NCBI GenBank assembly: GCA_000004985.1
Contig: GG738846.1
Direction: 5' to 3' (one strand)
Origin: Naegleria gruberi
Taxonomy: Eukaryota
Length of the DNA: 64,000 bases
The notes under the pieces are model-generated. The model searched no databases and had not been told where the DNA came from. It saw only the letters and a program-made list of their open reading frames with translations. Within the stretch, counting starts at the first letter, position 1; each line of letters starts with the position of its first letter. Position numbers and translations under genes: made by a program. Shown here one piece after another: positions 10,867 to 22,001 of this stretch.

Positions 10867-11718
10867 TTACAAGTTTTTGGTTGATAATGAGCTTTGAGCT
10901 TGACTCACAAGTCTTTTTGCTTCTTCCTTTTGTTTTTCAAGTTCTTCAATACGTTTCCTCATTTCCTCAATTTCCCTTGTCAATTGCAAGACAGTGTTAG
11001 AAGTTTTTTCATTCTTAATTTTAAGCTCTTGGTTTTGATTTGAAAGCGACGAGAGGGAAGATACAGAAACTGATCCAATTTTACAAATAATGAAATTAAA
11101 ATTATACTTACTATTTGAGTTTTTAGCTCTACAAACAATTCTGTCAGTGTCTGTGATATCCTTCATTGAATTAATAGGTTGTAAAATAAATAATTCCAAA
11201 TCTTCTCGTTTTATGCTATTGTCAAGTTCGGCCTCAATTCGTGCCTTGACATCTTCAGTATCTGCAGAATCCAAGCTTAGTGTACATAAATTAGGGATTA
11301 ATAGGTCAACGGAAAGTTGGTCAGTTTTAACAGTTGTAGGAGCTGATTTGCTGACATCAGCATTCGACATGCTAGGAAGTTTCAAACTAAATTTTGGAAT
11401 TGTTGGGGATGTAATGGTAGCTTTTGGAGATTCTTCCATATCCTCACTGTCAAATTCGTCTTCCTCTTCAACTTGAATTTTTCTTCCTGATGAATCCCCT
11501 CCTATTCCACTCAAATTTAAACTAAATCCACCAGTGCGAGCAGCACCACCAAGTTGAAGTGATGGTACTTTTGCTACTTGATCTTCACTGGTATCCATAC
11601 TATTTTCACCTGTTGTTAGAGATGATTCCGGAGTGGTAGTTGATGTTGCAGTTGATGATGATTCCAAACTTGTCTCATCTTTTTTCGTTAACGCACCCAT
11701 ATTCAAAGAGAGCTTCAT
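10867..11718 (-). CDS. Hypothetical Ser/Thr-rich protein with C-terminal coiled coil. Two exons, about 11112..11718 and 10867..11069; GTAAGT...GGATCAG intron of 42 nt.
   Basis: ATG at 11718. The 42-nt intron is read through in the ORF track (KYNFNFIICKIG is intronic). C-terminal LQLTREIEEMRKRIEELEKQKEEAKRLV heptads. Family not recognised. Confidence 0.45.
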   Translation of the reverse strand: MKLSLNMGALTKKDETSLESSSTATSTTTPESSLTTGENSMDTSEDQVAKVPSLQLGGAARTGGFSLNLSGIGGDSSGRKIQVEEEDEFDSEDMEESPKATITSPTIPKFSLKLPSMSNADVSKSAPTTVKTDQLSVDLLIPNLCTLSLDSADTEDVKARIEAELDNSIKREDLELFILQPINSMKDITDTDRIVCRAKNSNSKYNFNFIICKIGSVSVSSLSSLSNQNQELKIKNEKTSNTVLQLTREIEEMRKRIEELEKQKEEAKRLVSQAQSSLSTKNL

Positions 11719-11850
11719 TTTTTTTAATTTAATTTTTATTAAAATATATATTATTTTAAATATTAAACAAATTGTAATGTTCTTTAATTTAGATTGATAC
11801 TATTTGTATCTTTGGATTCTCTAAAGAACGTTGGTTTAAATTTAAAAAAA

Positions 11851-12622
11851 ATGAAATTCAGCAAGCTTGTCGATCCATCAATTGTTAACTATGTTCGTGA
11901 TCATTGCGTAAGGGAGAGCACAGAACAGACAGAGTTGAGAAGAGTTACTGGAGAAAAGCTTGAAGATAAATCAAGAATGATTTCAAGCCCAGAACAAGTG
12001 AGTACACTTTCAATTCCGATCATCACAACAATTATATATTAAATTAATATTGATTCAATTTATTCGAGATGGCATTATTGCAATTGTTGTTGAAATTGAC
12101 TGGAGCAAAAAAGATATTAGAGATTGGTTGCTTCACTGGTTATAGTGCCCTTTCATTTGCTCTTGCCACAGAAGCAACAAAAGCAACCATTGTTACTCTT
12201 GATGTGAGTTCAGAGTTTGTTGATATTGGAAGAGAATTTTGGGATAAGGCAGGTGTTAGTGATAGAATTACAACAATGATTGCTCCTGCTTTGGACAGTT
12301 TACAAGTTTTGAAGAATAATAATGAAACTTTTGATTTTGTTTTTATTGATGCAGACAAGTAAGTGATTGACTATTGTTGAATATTAATCTTGTTAGAGTC
12401 AATTATCCAAAATATGTTGATTTGGTCTATGATTTAGTCAATTCAAACGGTTTGGTGGTCATTGATAATACATTATGGTCTGGTAGAATATTAGATGAAC
12501 AAGATACAACCCCAGAAACTCAAGCCATCAGAGAATGTAATGATAAGGTAAGGGATGACTATAGATGGGATATTGCATTGGAGATTATTGCTGATGGAGT
12601 GTTTTTCCTTAGAAAAAAGTAA
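11851..12622 (+). CDS. Class I SAM-dependent O-methyltransferase of the caffeoyl-CoA/catechol OMT family (PF01596-like). Three exons, about 11851..11997, 12069..12358 and 12397..12622; introns of 71 and 38 nt.
   Basis: KKILEIGCFTGYSALSFALA (SAM-binding motif I), FDFVFIDADK|VNYPKYVDLVYDLVNSNGLVVIDNTLWSG matches CCoAOMT ...[39 protein letters not shown]. Splice phases are consistent. The ORF track shows three separate ORFs. Confidence 0.7.
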
Positions 12623-12696
12623 ATAAAAATCTCTGGAGTTCAATCTAAGTATTATAATATATGAGAATACTTATATTGAAGTATGAGACTCAAGTA

Positions 12697-14478
12697 TTAT
12701 ATATGAGAATACTCATCTGGTTGAAGAATGGATGTTCCAAACATGTTAAATCTCTTCTCCTTTCCAACTCTATAAGAAACAAGACAAGTTTCAATAACGT
12801 GCTCTGCACTAGTGAGTTGATTAATCTTTTCCTCTAAAATACGTTTGCTTGTAGGATTTTCTTTGAGATTACATGCTGGCATTTGTAATAAATATTCAGC
12901 TTCTTGATCTAAAACAAAACACGTCAGACAACATCCACTCTCTAAATCCTTAATTAAAAATTGGAAGAGAAATCTATACTCTTGATTGGAATGATTATTG
13001 TTTGCTTTGGTAAAGTTTTCAATATTTTTTGGAAAGTAATCAATAATCTTTCCCCTAGTTCTGTACTTGTATGGGATATTATCTGTATTTACAATGTCTG
13101 ATATTGGTGTAAGATTCGCTTGTAAAAAGTCAACTTTCGTAACTATGTACTTGTTGTACAAAATTTGAGTCTGGTGAGCATTTTCGATACACCTAGTTAC
13201 ATAGAAATGATCATTTGGAAGAATAACAATAGATCCATTATAAATTCTGAGTGGAATTAAGGATTCATCAGCCCATTCAGAGAGTGGTGGACATTGGGCA
13301 TTTCTTAACTTTACCCATACATCTCTTCCATTGAAAGCTGAGCGAACTTCTTTCATGATATAATCGGTGAGTTCAATAGATTTCACTTGAACTGTTGAAC
13401 GTAAATTACTGCAGTCATTAACAGTGAGACTAATTGATGTTTCGTCTTCGTGTAAATGGGTAACCTTACATATCACATCTACAAAGAAGGATACTGACAT
13501 TTTGCTGGCTTTTTCTTTAGCTTGGTTTAAAGTCGTAAGATATTTCTGATCAGCCATTACAATTGGCTGTTTTTCAACATTGGAAAAGGGTTGTGAAAAG
13601 TATTTTCTAGAGAATATTTTCAATTGTTTGATTCTTTCAAAATCTTCATCAGTAAAAGTTTTCCTGCATAGTATCTCGTCTGGTATTGATTCATCAATAT
13701 CATTACTCAAAAAGAAATAATCAAAACCAGGGCCGACATTGGCCTGATACCCGTACCTCGAGTTCTTAACAATGAATCTATGGCATCTAAATATTGATCC
13801 AACTTTTTTACAATTGAAGAGATTTTTCTGATTGGTATGATTAATGGTTATAAGGAGAGAATCTGTTTTAGAGTTTGAATCAAAACAAGTGTCATCAATA
13901 ATTTTCAATGTAAGACTGTAGGCCTTGTTTTCCATTTGTCTCATTGTTTTATAATCATAAACAATTCCATAAATATTATGATTCCCTTCCTGCAGTTCAG
14001 ATAGTTTAGTATAGATATAGTCAGTATTTTTTCTTTTCTTTTTTGTCAAATCTGTTGTAGATTCCAAATCCACTTGTTTACCATTAAGCATAATAACGGA
14101 ATCCTTGTCAGCAACTAAAAGATATGGGTGATGTGAATCTTGATGAGTAGTATTATACTCATCATCACGATCGGAATCATCATCCTCAATACAGGGCACA
14201 ACCATAACATTATATATTGTCAGAACATTCTTTTTTACATCACTAATCCATTCATCAATTTCCAAACCACTAATCCTCGTTTTTGTAAATACTAATTCAA
14301 TAATAGATGATCGGAGTTGTGTTTTATCAACATGTACATCTTCCAAAAGGAGAGAATAATGTGATTGTATTTTTCTCTTCTTCTTTAAATGATCACCAGA
14401 AGTGTGATGGAGACGAACTTGTAGAGGGTTTGATTGATCAATACGGGAAAAGGTTCCATCAATTTGATGTATTTTCAT
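12697..14478 (-). CDS. POT1-like telomeric ssDNA-binding OB-fold protein, with about 150-aa basic N-terminal extension. First ATG at 14478; the track's 14505 start is GTG.
   Basis: DYIYTKLSELQEGNHNIYGIVYDY...SLTLKIIDDT...SLLITINHTN...GSIFRCHRFIVKNS aligns by eye with human POT1 OB1 ([25 protein letters not shown]...[22 protein letters not shown]...GDIVRFHRLKIQ). Confidence 0.55.
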   Translation of the reverse strand: MKIHQIDGTFSRIDQSNPLQVRLHHTSGDHLKKKRKIQSHYSLLLEDVHVDKTQLRSSIIELVFTKTRISGLEIDEWISDVKKNVLTIYNVMVVPCIEDDDSDRDDEYNTTHQDSHHPYLLVADKDSVIMLNGKQVDLESTTDLTKKKRKNTDYIYTKLSELQEGNHNIYGIVYDYKTMRQMENKAYSLTLKIIDDTCFDSNSKTDSLLITINHTNQKNLFNCKKVGSIFRCHRFIVKNSRYGYQANVGPGFDYFFLSNDIDESIPDEILCRKTFTDEDFERIKQLKIFSRKYFSQPFSNVEKQPIVMADQKYLTTLNQAKEKASKMSVSFFVDVICKVTHLHEDETSISLTVNDCSNLRSTVQVKSIELTDYIMKEVRSAFNGRDVWVKLRNAQCPPLSEWADESLIPLRIYNGSIVILPNDHFYVTRCIENAHQTQILYNKYIVTKVDFLQANLTPISDIVNTDNIPYKYRTRGKIIDYFPKNIENFTKANNNHSNQEYRFLFQFLIKDLESGCCLTCFVLDQEAEYLLQMPACNLKENPTSKRILEEKINQLTSAEHVIETCLVSYRVGKEKRFNMFGTSILQPDEYSHI

Positions 14479-14858
14479 TTTTTTAACAAGAAGTTTTATT
14501 TCCACTCGAACTGTATCAGATAACTTTTAACAAGTTTACAATTAATATATTTACAATTTGTCAGTTGGCACAGCTTATCCAAAATATATTGAACCATCAC
14601 CAGGACCTAAATAACCAACACTCACAAGAACTAGATCAACTATTGCCCACAACCCAACACCACCTTTTATAATAATAAAATTGTCACTTAATTGTCACAA
14701 CTATTAACTTACCTAGTGTAAATAATTTGAAAACTCCCCAACCAGCATGACCCAAATAAAATCTATCAGCAGAAAATCCAGATAAACTAATATTTCATTT
14801 TGTAATGAGCAATTTCAATAGATTTTTCAAGTTGAAGTTCTGAAATTAAAAAGAAAAC

Positions 14859-15399
14859 TTACAATAGGGAAAATACAAAAGTAGATGACCATTTCTTTCC
14901 AGTACTATAATTCACTTGGGATACTTTTGAGAAGGATCTATTTCCTAAACAAATAATATTTCTATTCACTTTACAATTTACAATAGTTGTATCTTGGCCT
15001 GATTGGAGTCCAGTTTGTGATGGTTTATAATCACAAATATAATGAACATTTTCAATTAATTGCCAACAATATTTACAATAATAAGTCTTTGCAAAACTTG
15101 TATCACCATCACAATTTGTTGCTGTACTATTAATTGTACATTGTGTATGATAAATATTTCCTAAAGTACAATTGGATGACATGTTACAACTCAAATAATC
15201 AGCACTTAAATCACTGCAATATTCCTAAAATAATGATCATCCGATTAGTAATTCCGAATATATTTATCATCAATTAATAACATACTCTCAATTCCGCACT
15301 GGTAATTTGAATTTGTAAAAAACCCAATACAACAACCATCACAAGAAGGGTAGAATAATTCGTTAATGATGGACGAAATCGTCCATTTTGTTGTGTCAT
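14859..15399 (-). CDS. Small secreted Cys-rich, N-glycosylation-motif-rich protein. Two exons, about 15286..15399 (signal peptide) and 14859..15224; GTATGT...TTTTAG intron of 61 nt.
   Basis: Exon 1 MTQQNGRFRPSLTNYSTLLVMVVVLGFLQIQITSA|ELR has n/h/c signal-peptide architecture. Mature part has 10 Cys and many NxS/T motifs. Phase-0 donor and acceptor join it in frame to the 111-aa ORF in the track. Confidence 0.45.
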
Positions 15400-15517
15400 T
15401 TTTTATTTCCTTCTTTTTTAAAATTGTAAATAATTCAATTTTGCCAATTTAAATATTATTAAATCTTTCCAATCTTGTAACAATAAGAATATGTTCTCTC
15501 AAGTCACAATGCAAAAG

Positions 15518-16189
15518 TCAATCAATAGAATCTATGATATATTGTAGAGAAAATAATCTAATTGATGGCACACCATCAAAATATCTTTGACTTTTCACTC
15601 TATCGAATAAATTTGATAATAATGTTGAATTTTGATAGTCCAATCTAAGAGTTAATCCAATTTCATGGTAATGAGTTGAATTTTCATGATCTAATAGATT
15701 TTGAATTGTATTCTTGCATTCCTGATGTACTTTGGCAGCTTGTTGCATTTTCCACATCCAAAAACAAAATAAAATTACAAAGCAACACAAACATAAAATT
15801 ATAATTCCAATAATTATCAATGTTAACACTAGCTCGAATAATCCTTCATCAACAAGTAAATTTTCTCTCACCATCACAACAAATGTAACAAATAATAATA
15901 TTAGAAATAAAACAAATCCTCCAATCATGATAAAAAATAACCAGAATACAAGCCATCCGACAGGTACATTTACATTCCTTAAATAATGTTTAAATATTTG
16001 TGAAGATTCTATCAGGGTTTTTGAAATTTCATCCTCATGATCTTTAATGATATATTGAACACTGGTGAAAAATTCCAAACTCTTCAAATCCAATTTGAAT
16101 TCGGACAAACATAATTCATGTTCCTCATCTTCAATAGGATCAAATACTGATTGTTTCAGAGTTGGTTCTTGTTTTTGGATTTGAGACAT
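15518..16189 (-). CDS. Hypothetical membrane protein, 223 aa, with 2-3 TM helices.
   Basis: ATG at 16189. Hydrophobic core VGWLVFWLFFIMIGGFVLFLILLFVTFVVM and IIIGIIILCLCCFVILFCFWMW. No family recognised. Confidence 0.4.
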   Translation of the reverse strand: MSQIQKQEPTLKQSVFDPIEDEEHELCLSEFKLDLKSLEFFTSVQYIIKDHEDEISKTLIESSQIFKHYLRNVNVPVGWLVFWLFFIMIGGFVLFLILLFVTFVVMVRENLLVDEGLFELVLTLIIIGIIILCLCCFVILFCFWMWKMQQAAKVHQECKNTIQNLLDHENSTHYHEIGLTLRLDYQNSTLLSNLFDRVKSQRYFDGVPSIRLFSLQYIIDSID

Positions 16190-16248
16190 TTTTTTATTTA
16201 TTTAAAGTTTAAAATATTAAGATAATATATTATTCAGGATTATCAATT

Positions 16249-19200
16249 TCAATACACCACCTCTTCTTGATCATGATGTGAATGAAGGGATGGTTTTGTC
16301 TCCACAACTTCAATATCATTTTCTTCTAAATTTATACAACTACTTGATACTTGATGTTGTAAAGTTGGAGGGGTTTTGGAAAAAATTGGATTTACATGAT
16401 GTTTTTCTTTCAAGAGATAGGTTTGACACATTCCTTTTCCTTTCACTTCAATACTTCTCTCCTCAAATTCATACAGGTCATATATTCTTTCATATGTTGA
16501 ACGAGAAATATGGATTCTTCCTGGAATTCCAGTTGACTCCATCCTAGATGACAAATTAATAGTATCTCCCCATAAATCATAGGCAAACTTTTTACGTCCA
16601 ATCACTCCAGCGACAACACTTCCTGTATTTAATCCAATTCTGTATCAAATGAGTCAATCAATTTAGTGATAAATGAAAGTTATTAAACAATGATGAGGAT
16701 GAAATCAACACATACCTGATATTAACTTGAGAAGATGGATTTTCTGCATTATACGTTCTAATAACAGTCAGAGTTTCAATAGAGAACTTGATACACCTCT
16801 CTGGATGATCGGATTGAGGATTATTATGTAGACCACCCACACAGAAATAAGCATCTCCAATGGTTTTAATCTTTTCCAAACTGTACTTATCAGTCAGGTC
16901 ATCAAAACCATTCACAATACTATTTAACATTAGAACTAATTCAGATGGATTCATATTAGAAGATAGTTTGGTAAACCCAACCATATCACTGAAAAAACAT
17001 GTAATGTCTGCAAACTTTTCAGCAATAAAAGTTTCACCATTCTTTAATTTGGTTGCAACAGCGTCAGGTAAAATATTTCTCAATAAATTCTCAGAATTCT
17101 TTTTCTCTTCGGCAAGAAGTGCATTTTGCTTCTTTTCTGTTGTAATGTCCTTAATTACAAGTGAAATAATAATTGATCCATTATTGACCTCCGTTCCAAA
17201 TATACTTATTTGGGCTGGGAATTTTGTTTGATTTTTTCTGATACACTCAATTTCTATCACTTCACCCACAGACAGTTCATCACTGTTATCAGTTGAATGA
17301 ATTAAATGATGGGTAAGGTTTTTGATCAATTCATGTGAAATTTCATCAAATAAAATTATACAAGGCAGACCAATGACATCAGTTGCAGATTTTCCAAACA
17401 TTTTCTGTGCAGCAACATTAAAAAGTGTAATTTCTCCCTTTTCATTACATAGAACAGCCCCTTCAACCATAGAATTGAGTAGATTTCTTATGGAATCATC
17501 AGTATCAATTTTCTTTCGTTTGGTGCTATGTTTAGTCATGGTATTATACAAGGCAAAGTTTTTCAAAGTATCATTTGAATCAAAATAATCCACTGGGATA
17601 TAATTCAAAAAGGACCGAAGCATGGTAATTTCATTATCACTCATTTGATAATTCAAAAAGATTATATAATTGAAAAGTGGCAATGTAATAATCCCAACAA
17701 TAAAAAATACAATACTAATAGCCTTGGAAGAGTTTGAAGTATTGGTTGATAGAGAGTTCAGTAATTCTGTCAAACGATTAATCATTTCATCAGTTAAATT
17801 AAAAATATCGAGATAACTTATGAATGTATCTTGTCTAATTGCAAAGAATGGATTCCAAATGTCTTCGTTAAATTTGCTACAAGCATGTGTAACAATGGCA
17901 ACTAATTCCTGTAGCTTGTAACAAGTACCATTGAACGAACATGTGAGTGGTGATGTTATGATTTCGTCCACTCTCGAATACTTTCCAATAATAGGGGCTG
18001 TAACTTCACTACCAAATAATAGTTCTGTAAATCTTGTTTGAACCTCAGATATATAATCTCTATTATCTGTTCTATAGGTAGCCAATTGTGATGCAGAACC
18101 TATAGCAACATTGTTAACATTTCTACCAGGTTTAACACCCAAAAACGCGTATAGCTCACTCAATCGAACTGTTAATCTGATCGCTGCTCTCATAACAGCA
18201 GTTGCAGTGTCAATATTAACCATTGTTTCAGAGGCTGTTTGGACATTGAGATAATTCTCCATATACATCAATGAAACGTATAATGAAAAACAGAGTAATG
18301 CAAGAAATCCTACAGCTATGGATATCCATTTTGGATTCATAAACTCACCCAAATGTTTAGCCTCTTGGTTTGTCTTTCGCTGCAAGTCTTGATAGATATT
18401 TCCAATAATATCCTTGGGCAATCTCTTAAATAGAGTAATGATATTTGTCGATTTTCTCATTTCAATTCTACTGATAACTAGAAACATGGAATAAATGATA
18501 ATCAATACGCCAGTCGAAATAAATAGATAATATCTGAGAATGAGGTCAATGTCTGCATTTTGTACTCGTTTGCTTTCTTGAAATTTAGAACAAAATAGTG
18601 CATTAGCATCTGCTGCAGTTCTTCTATTCAAATACAAGTACATAAATAAATAAGATGTTATAGTTTCATTGTAATCTTTTGGTGTCCAATCAATGAATGA
18701 CTTGGTTAAGGTCATGAATTCTTGAGTGAGTTCACTCATTGATACATTCTTTTTGTAACTTGTCAAATAAGATATTGTACTCTTCTCTACTGAAGCAATT
18801 GGAACAACAATGGGATTTTCTGGGGATGTATAATCATTAAACATTTGTTCTGTATACTTTGAAGTCATTGAATTATCAGCCAGTTGTTGCAAATATAGCA
18901 AATGTCTCTCGAATCTCATTTTGTGATTTGTTGTGAAATAATTGAGTACTTTACCATCTGTTGAATTTTCATTAGGAATTGCCCAATTCTGATTACCATA
19001 TAGCTCCTTATATATTTGTCCCATTCTCACCTTTAACAATAAGCACACAATATAATATGATGAAAAACATTAAACTTACCTCTCTGATGAGGGCACTAGG
19101 TGATGTACCTGGAAGACAACTCTGAAGAGTTAATGGAATTTCTGTAACTAAACTTCCAAATATCATACATAAAGCAAAAGCCACCACTAACATTAGAACT

Positions 19201-21476
19201 GATAGAATTGACAAACCAATTAAAAACACATTTCTAAATTTTGATTGGTAGGGAGTATTGAGAGAATTTCTGAAAAACACTTGTTTCTTATCAATAGTTT
19301 CTTCTGCATTCTCAATACCGTCAAAGTGGTCTTCCTTCTCATGATCTTCCATTGGATTATCGACAAGTGTGAAGGAATTCTTTCTAATATCAAATACATT
19401 GACTGGAGAGTTTGGAGTGGAATTAAAATAGGGAGTTATCTTGTTTTTAAATCGTTTCTCGCTCTTTCCTCTGGAGAATAATGAAACTGTTCTTGTTTTT
19501 GACTCTTCTTCTTCCATTTGAAAGGCTTGTTCAAAGAGTATGGATGATGTCTCTTTATCAAATTTGAAATTTTCCAAATAACTTGCATAAAATCTCAAAA
19601 CAGTCTTGTCATGTTTAAAATTTGTCATAAGGTGGTTGAATAGTTTGTCACAATACACTGTGAGAGAGGTTGCTTTTGAATTGAGCTGAGAAATTTTCTT
19701 TTCATTTGGTAGGTCGCTTAAAACTTCTTTCCAAAACATTCTATGCACGGCCCACAATTCATCTTCTTTCCTTTCAATGTCGTTCAACATTGCCTTAACT
19801 TCCACTTGATTTATGCCATTACTTTTTGTGGAATTATCAATTTCAATTTCCTTCATTCTCTCATGAATTAAAGTTCTGGTCCATGAGTTTTCCACAAATC
19901 TGAGTGCCTTCTTCAAGATGAAAGAACTGAATGAAGTTCTATTCTCATCAACCCATTGATAGGCAATGATGAGAGCACTCGTGAGTAGAATTTCTGGTGA
20001 CTGCACGCACTTGTTTGCAATGACCAATTTAATGAAAGTTAATGCCATAGCCGAATCATCTGAATTCTCTCCTGAAAATCGAAGAAATAAATTCAAATTC
20101 CTTAAAGACTCCTGTTCCATATAGATTGCAACTGCCTCCTTTTCCATGACACTAGTGCTCTTTCTATTCTCATCGAGTGAAGTTGCGTGTATTATTCCTT
20201 TCCTTAGAACTTTCCTCACTTTATAACACACCACCCTAGTGTAAATTTCCATTGCTATTCCACCCAAAATTCCACCAACAACAATGAGAGAAAGAGTAAG
20301 GCCCATCAACCCCAAGCTCTTCTCCTTATTGTAAGTGGGATCAAAGACAAAGACTAATTGATTGATGAAAACACCAATTGATGCTCCGAAACGCCCGAAT
20401 ACTGCACTCGAATAAACACTGTTGAAATTTCTCTTCAGTAAAGGAACCAGTTTTAACAAGAGAAATATTTGTAATATGGAGCTTAAGATGTGAATAATTC
20501 CTCGAATAAAAATTAAATGTTGTGGAATTAGAAATATGACAAATATTTCCAAACCAATAGATGCTACTGTTGACATGATTGGAAAATTATCGTTGGATGT
20601 GAAAGGCAGTGAGCTATGTCCATGATTGGGCATTAACAGAATAGAACAAGATGTTGCAAAAATTATCACAGGAGCCATGCAGCACATTACAATGAATAAT
20701 ATTAAATTAGGATCTCCATGACATGCTACAGTGCTATTTCTTGTCAACATGTAAAGATAAACATTTTCCTTCTCAGCATACACCTGAACAGTGGTATTAC
20801 ATTGAATGAAATAACTCATTAGGAACATGGTTAATGGAGATAGAATGGCACAAACAGCTCCAGCTCTCTGTCTCAAGTTTCTTAAACGTGTGTGGGCTTT
20901 TCCTTTTAGAGTCTTGTACTCAATGAATAATACGAGGAAGAAGAGACAATACAACGATAACAGAATACAGGTCAGTATGATGGTGGATGTGTAGTCAATA
21001 TCATCGAGAGAGAACGTAATGGGATAGTTCAAAACTTTGAATACCCAACCAGAATAGACGCCATATGGCCCAATCACATGTTCTGTTTCCTTCAGGTCAT
21101 ATCTTGTATCGGAGGAAATGGTTGGAAATATTACATTCACCCAATAGAGGTAAGCGTAAGCCAAATAGATGAGTATCTTTTCATATTTCTTTACGCTTAC
21201 CTCACTACTCTTCACTGAAATGTAAAAATTGATAAGTTTTTCATTAAAGACATGAAGGAAGGAGCTGTGAGTATGTGAAGTGGCAGAAGTTTCTGAATTT
21301 GCTGTTGAACCTCCGTCAACAACAGACTGGGTGTAGTAGCTTAGTCCGCCACCACCACTTCCTACATGGCTTTGATTTCCTTGCAGGAAAGGAATTGTAA
21401 TATTACTTGATGAGACATTGATCAATGGTCCACTATTTGAGTGTGGCTGTTGAGGATGCAACTCATGACTTTGCAT
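16249..21476 (-). CDS. Very large class III adenylyl/guanylyl cyclase of about 1700 aa. Order: polytopic N-terminal membrane domain, helical cytosolic region, TM-flanked extracytoplasmic sensor-like loop, PAS domain, single cyclase catalytic domain. Three exons, about 19080..21476, 16716..19030 and 16249..16639; introns of 49 and 76 nt.
   Basis: Catalytic domain FADITCFFSDMVGFTKLSS...KIKTIGDAYFCVGG...VNIR|IGLNTGSVVAGVIGRKKFAYDLWGDTINLSSRMESTGIPGRIHIS...VKGKGMCQTYLL is split by a phase-2 intron exactly before the conserved RIGxxTG. PAS-like SMVEGAVLCNEKGEITLFNVAAQKMFGKSATDVIGLPCIILFDE lies upstream. Exon1/exon2 junction is GAG|GTAAGT...TTAAAG|GTG, in frame (IRE|VRMGQIY). An alternative model of two overlapping genes is less parsimonious. 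Confidence 0.6.
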
Positions 21477-22001
21477 GGTGTTGTGATATTAGTTTTAATA
21501 ACCAAAGGCGGTTCAATTCATGAGAAGAAGGTAAATTTCAATTGAGCGTTGGGCCGACTTTCAATCAGTTAAATGGATATTAAGGAGTTTAAAATGTTGA
21601 TATCCTGATTTGAATATTTTGAACAGCTCTAATAACTGTAACTGTACTGGGTGAGCGATCCTCAATTTTCTTGACATTAAAAAGGGATTTATTTTGATAT
21701 TCACAAAGTTCTATGATGAGAGAATTTAAAAGACTTTTTGACTCGAACCATCCTCAATATTTACTTGCTAATTTCAGGTTTTAAGAAGCTGATCATTAAA
21801 GAATAATGGGTGAGGAAATTGAAAGGAAAAATAAACCGTTTCATTTAAAACGTGTTCCTTGTTTGCTACAACAAAAAGGAATTCTGCTTGGGTTCTATCT
21901 TGAGTTAAGGAACATTCTAAAAAAAAACTATTATTAAAAAAACGTCTCGATTGTCGTCTTCTACCCTCTCGGAAACAAATAGCACCACCATCACGTTTAA
22001 A

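Noticed and set aside
14859-14900. GPI-anchor signal at the C-terminus of the Cys-rich secreted protein
   Set aside because: The hydrophobic tail (TFVFSLL) is only about 7 residues, too short for a typical GPI attachment signal. Left as a possibility only.
16640-19079. Treating the three cyclase ORFs as three separate genes
   Set aside because: The third ORF starts on GTG in the middle of the catalytic domain (RIGLNTGSVVAGVIG spans the junction). The second ORF's start overlaps the first ORF's stop. Canonical introns restore a single frame. The two-gene alternative for exon 1 versus exons 2-3 is noted in the findings.
21500-21530. tRNA-like B-box resemblance GGTTCAATTC at about 21509 and GGTTCGCTCCC at about 30685
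   Set aside because: No matching A box, no complementary acceptor or T stems could be folded by eye. Most likely chance matches. No tRNA call made.
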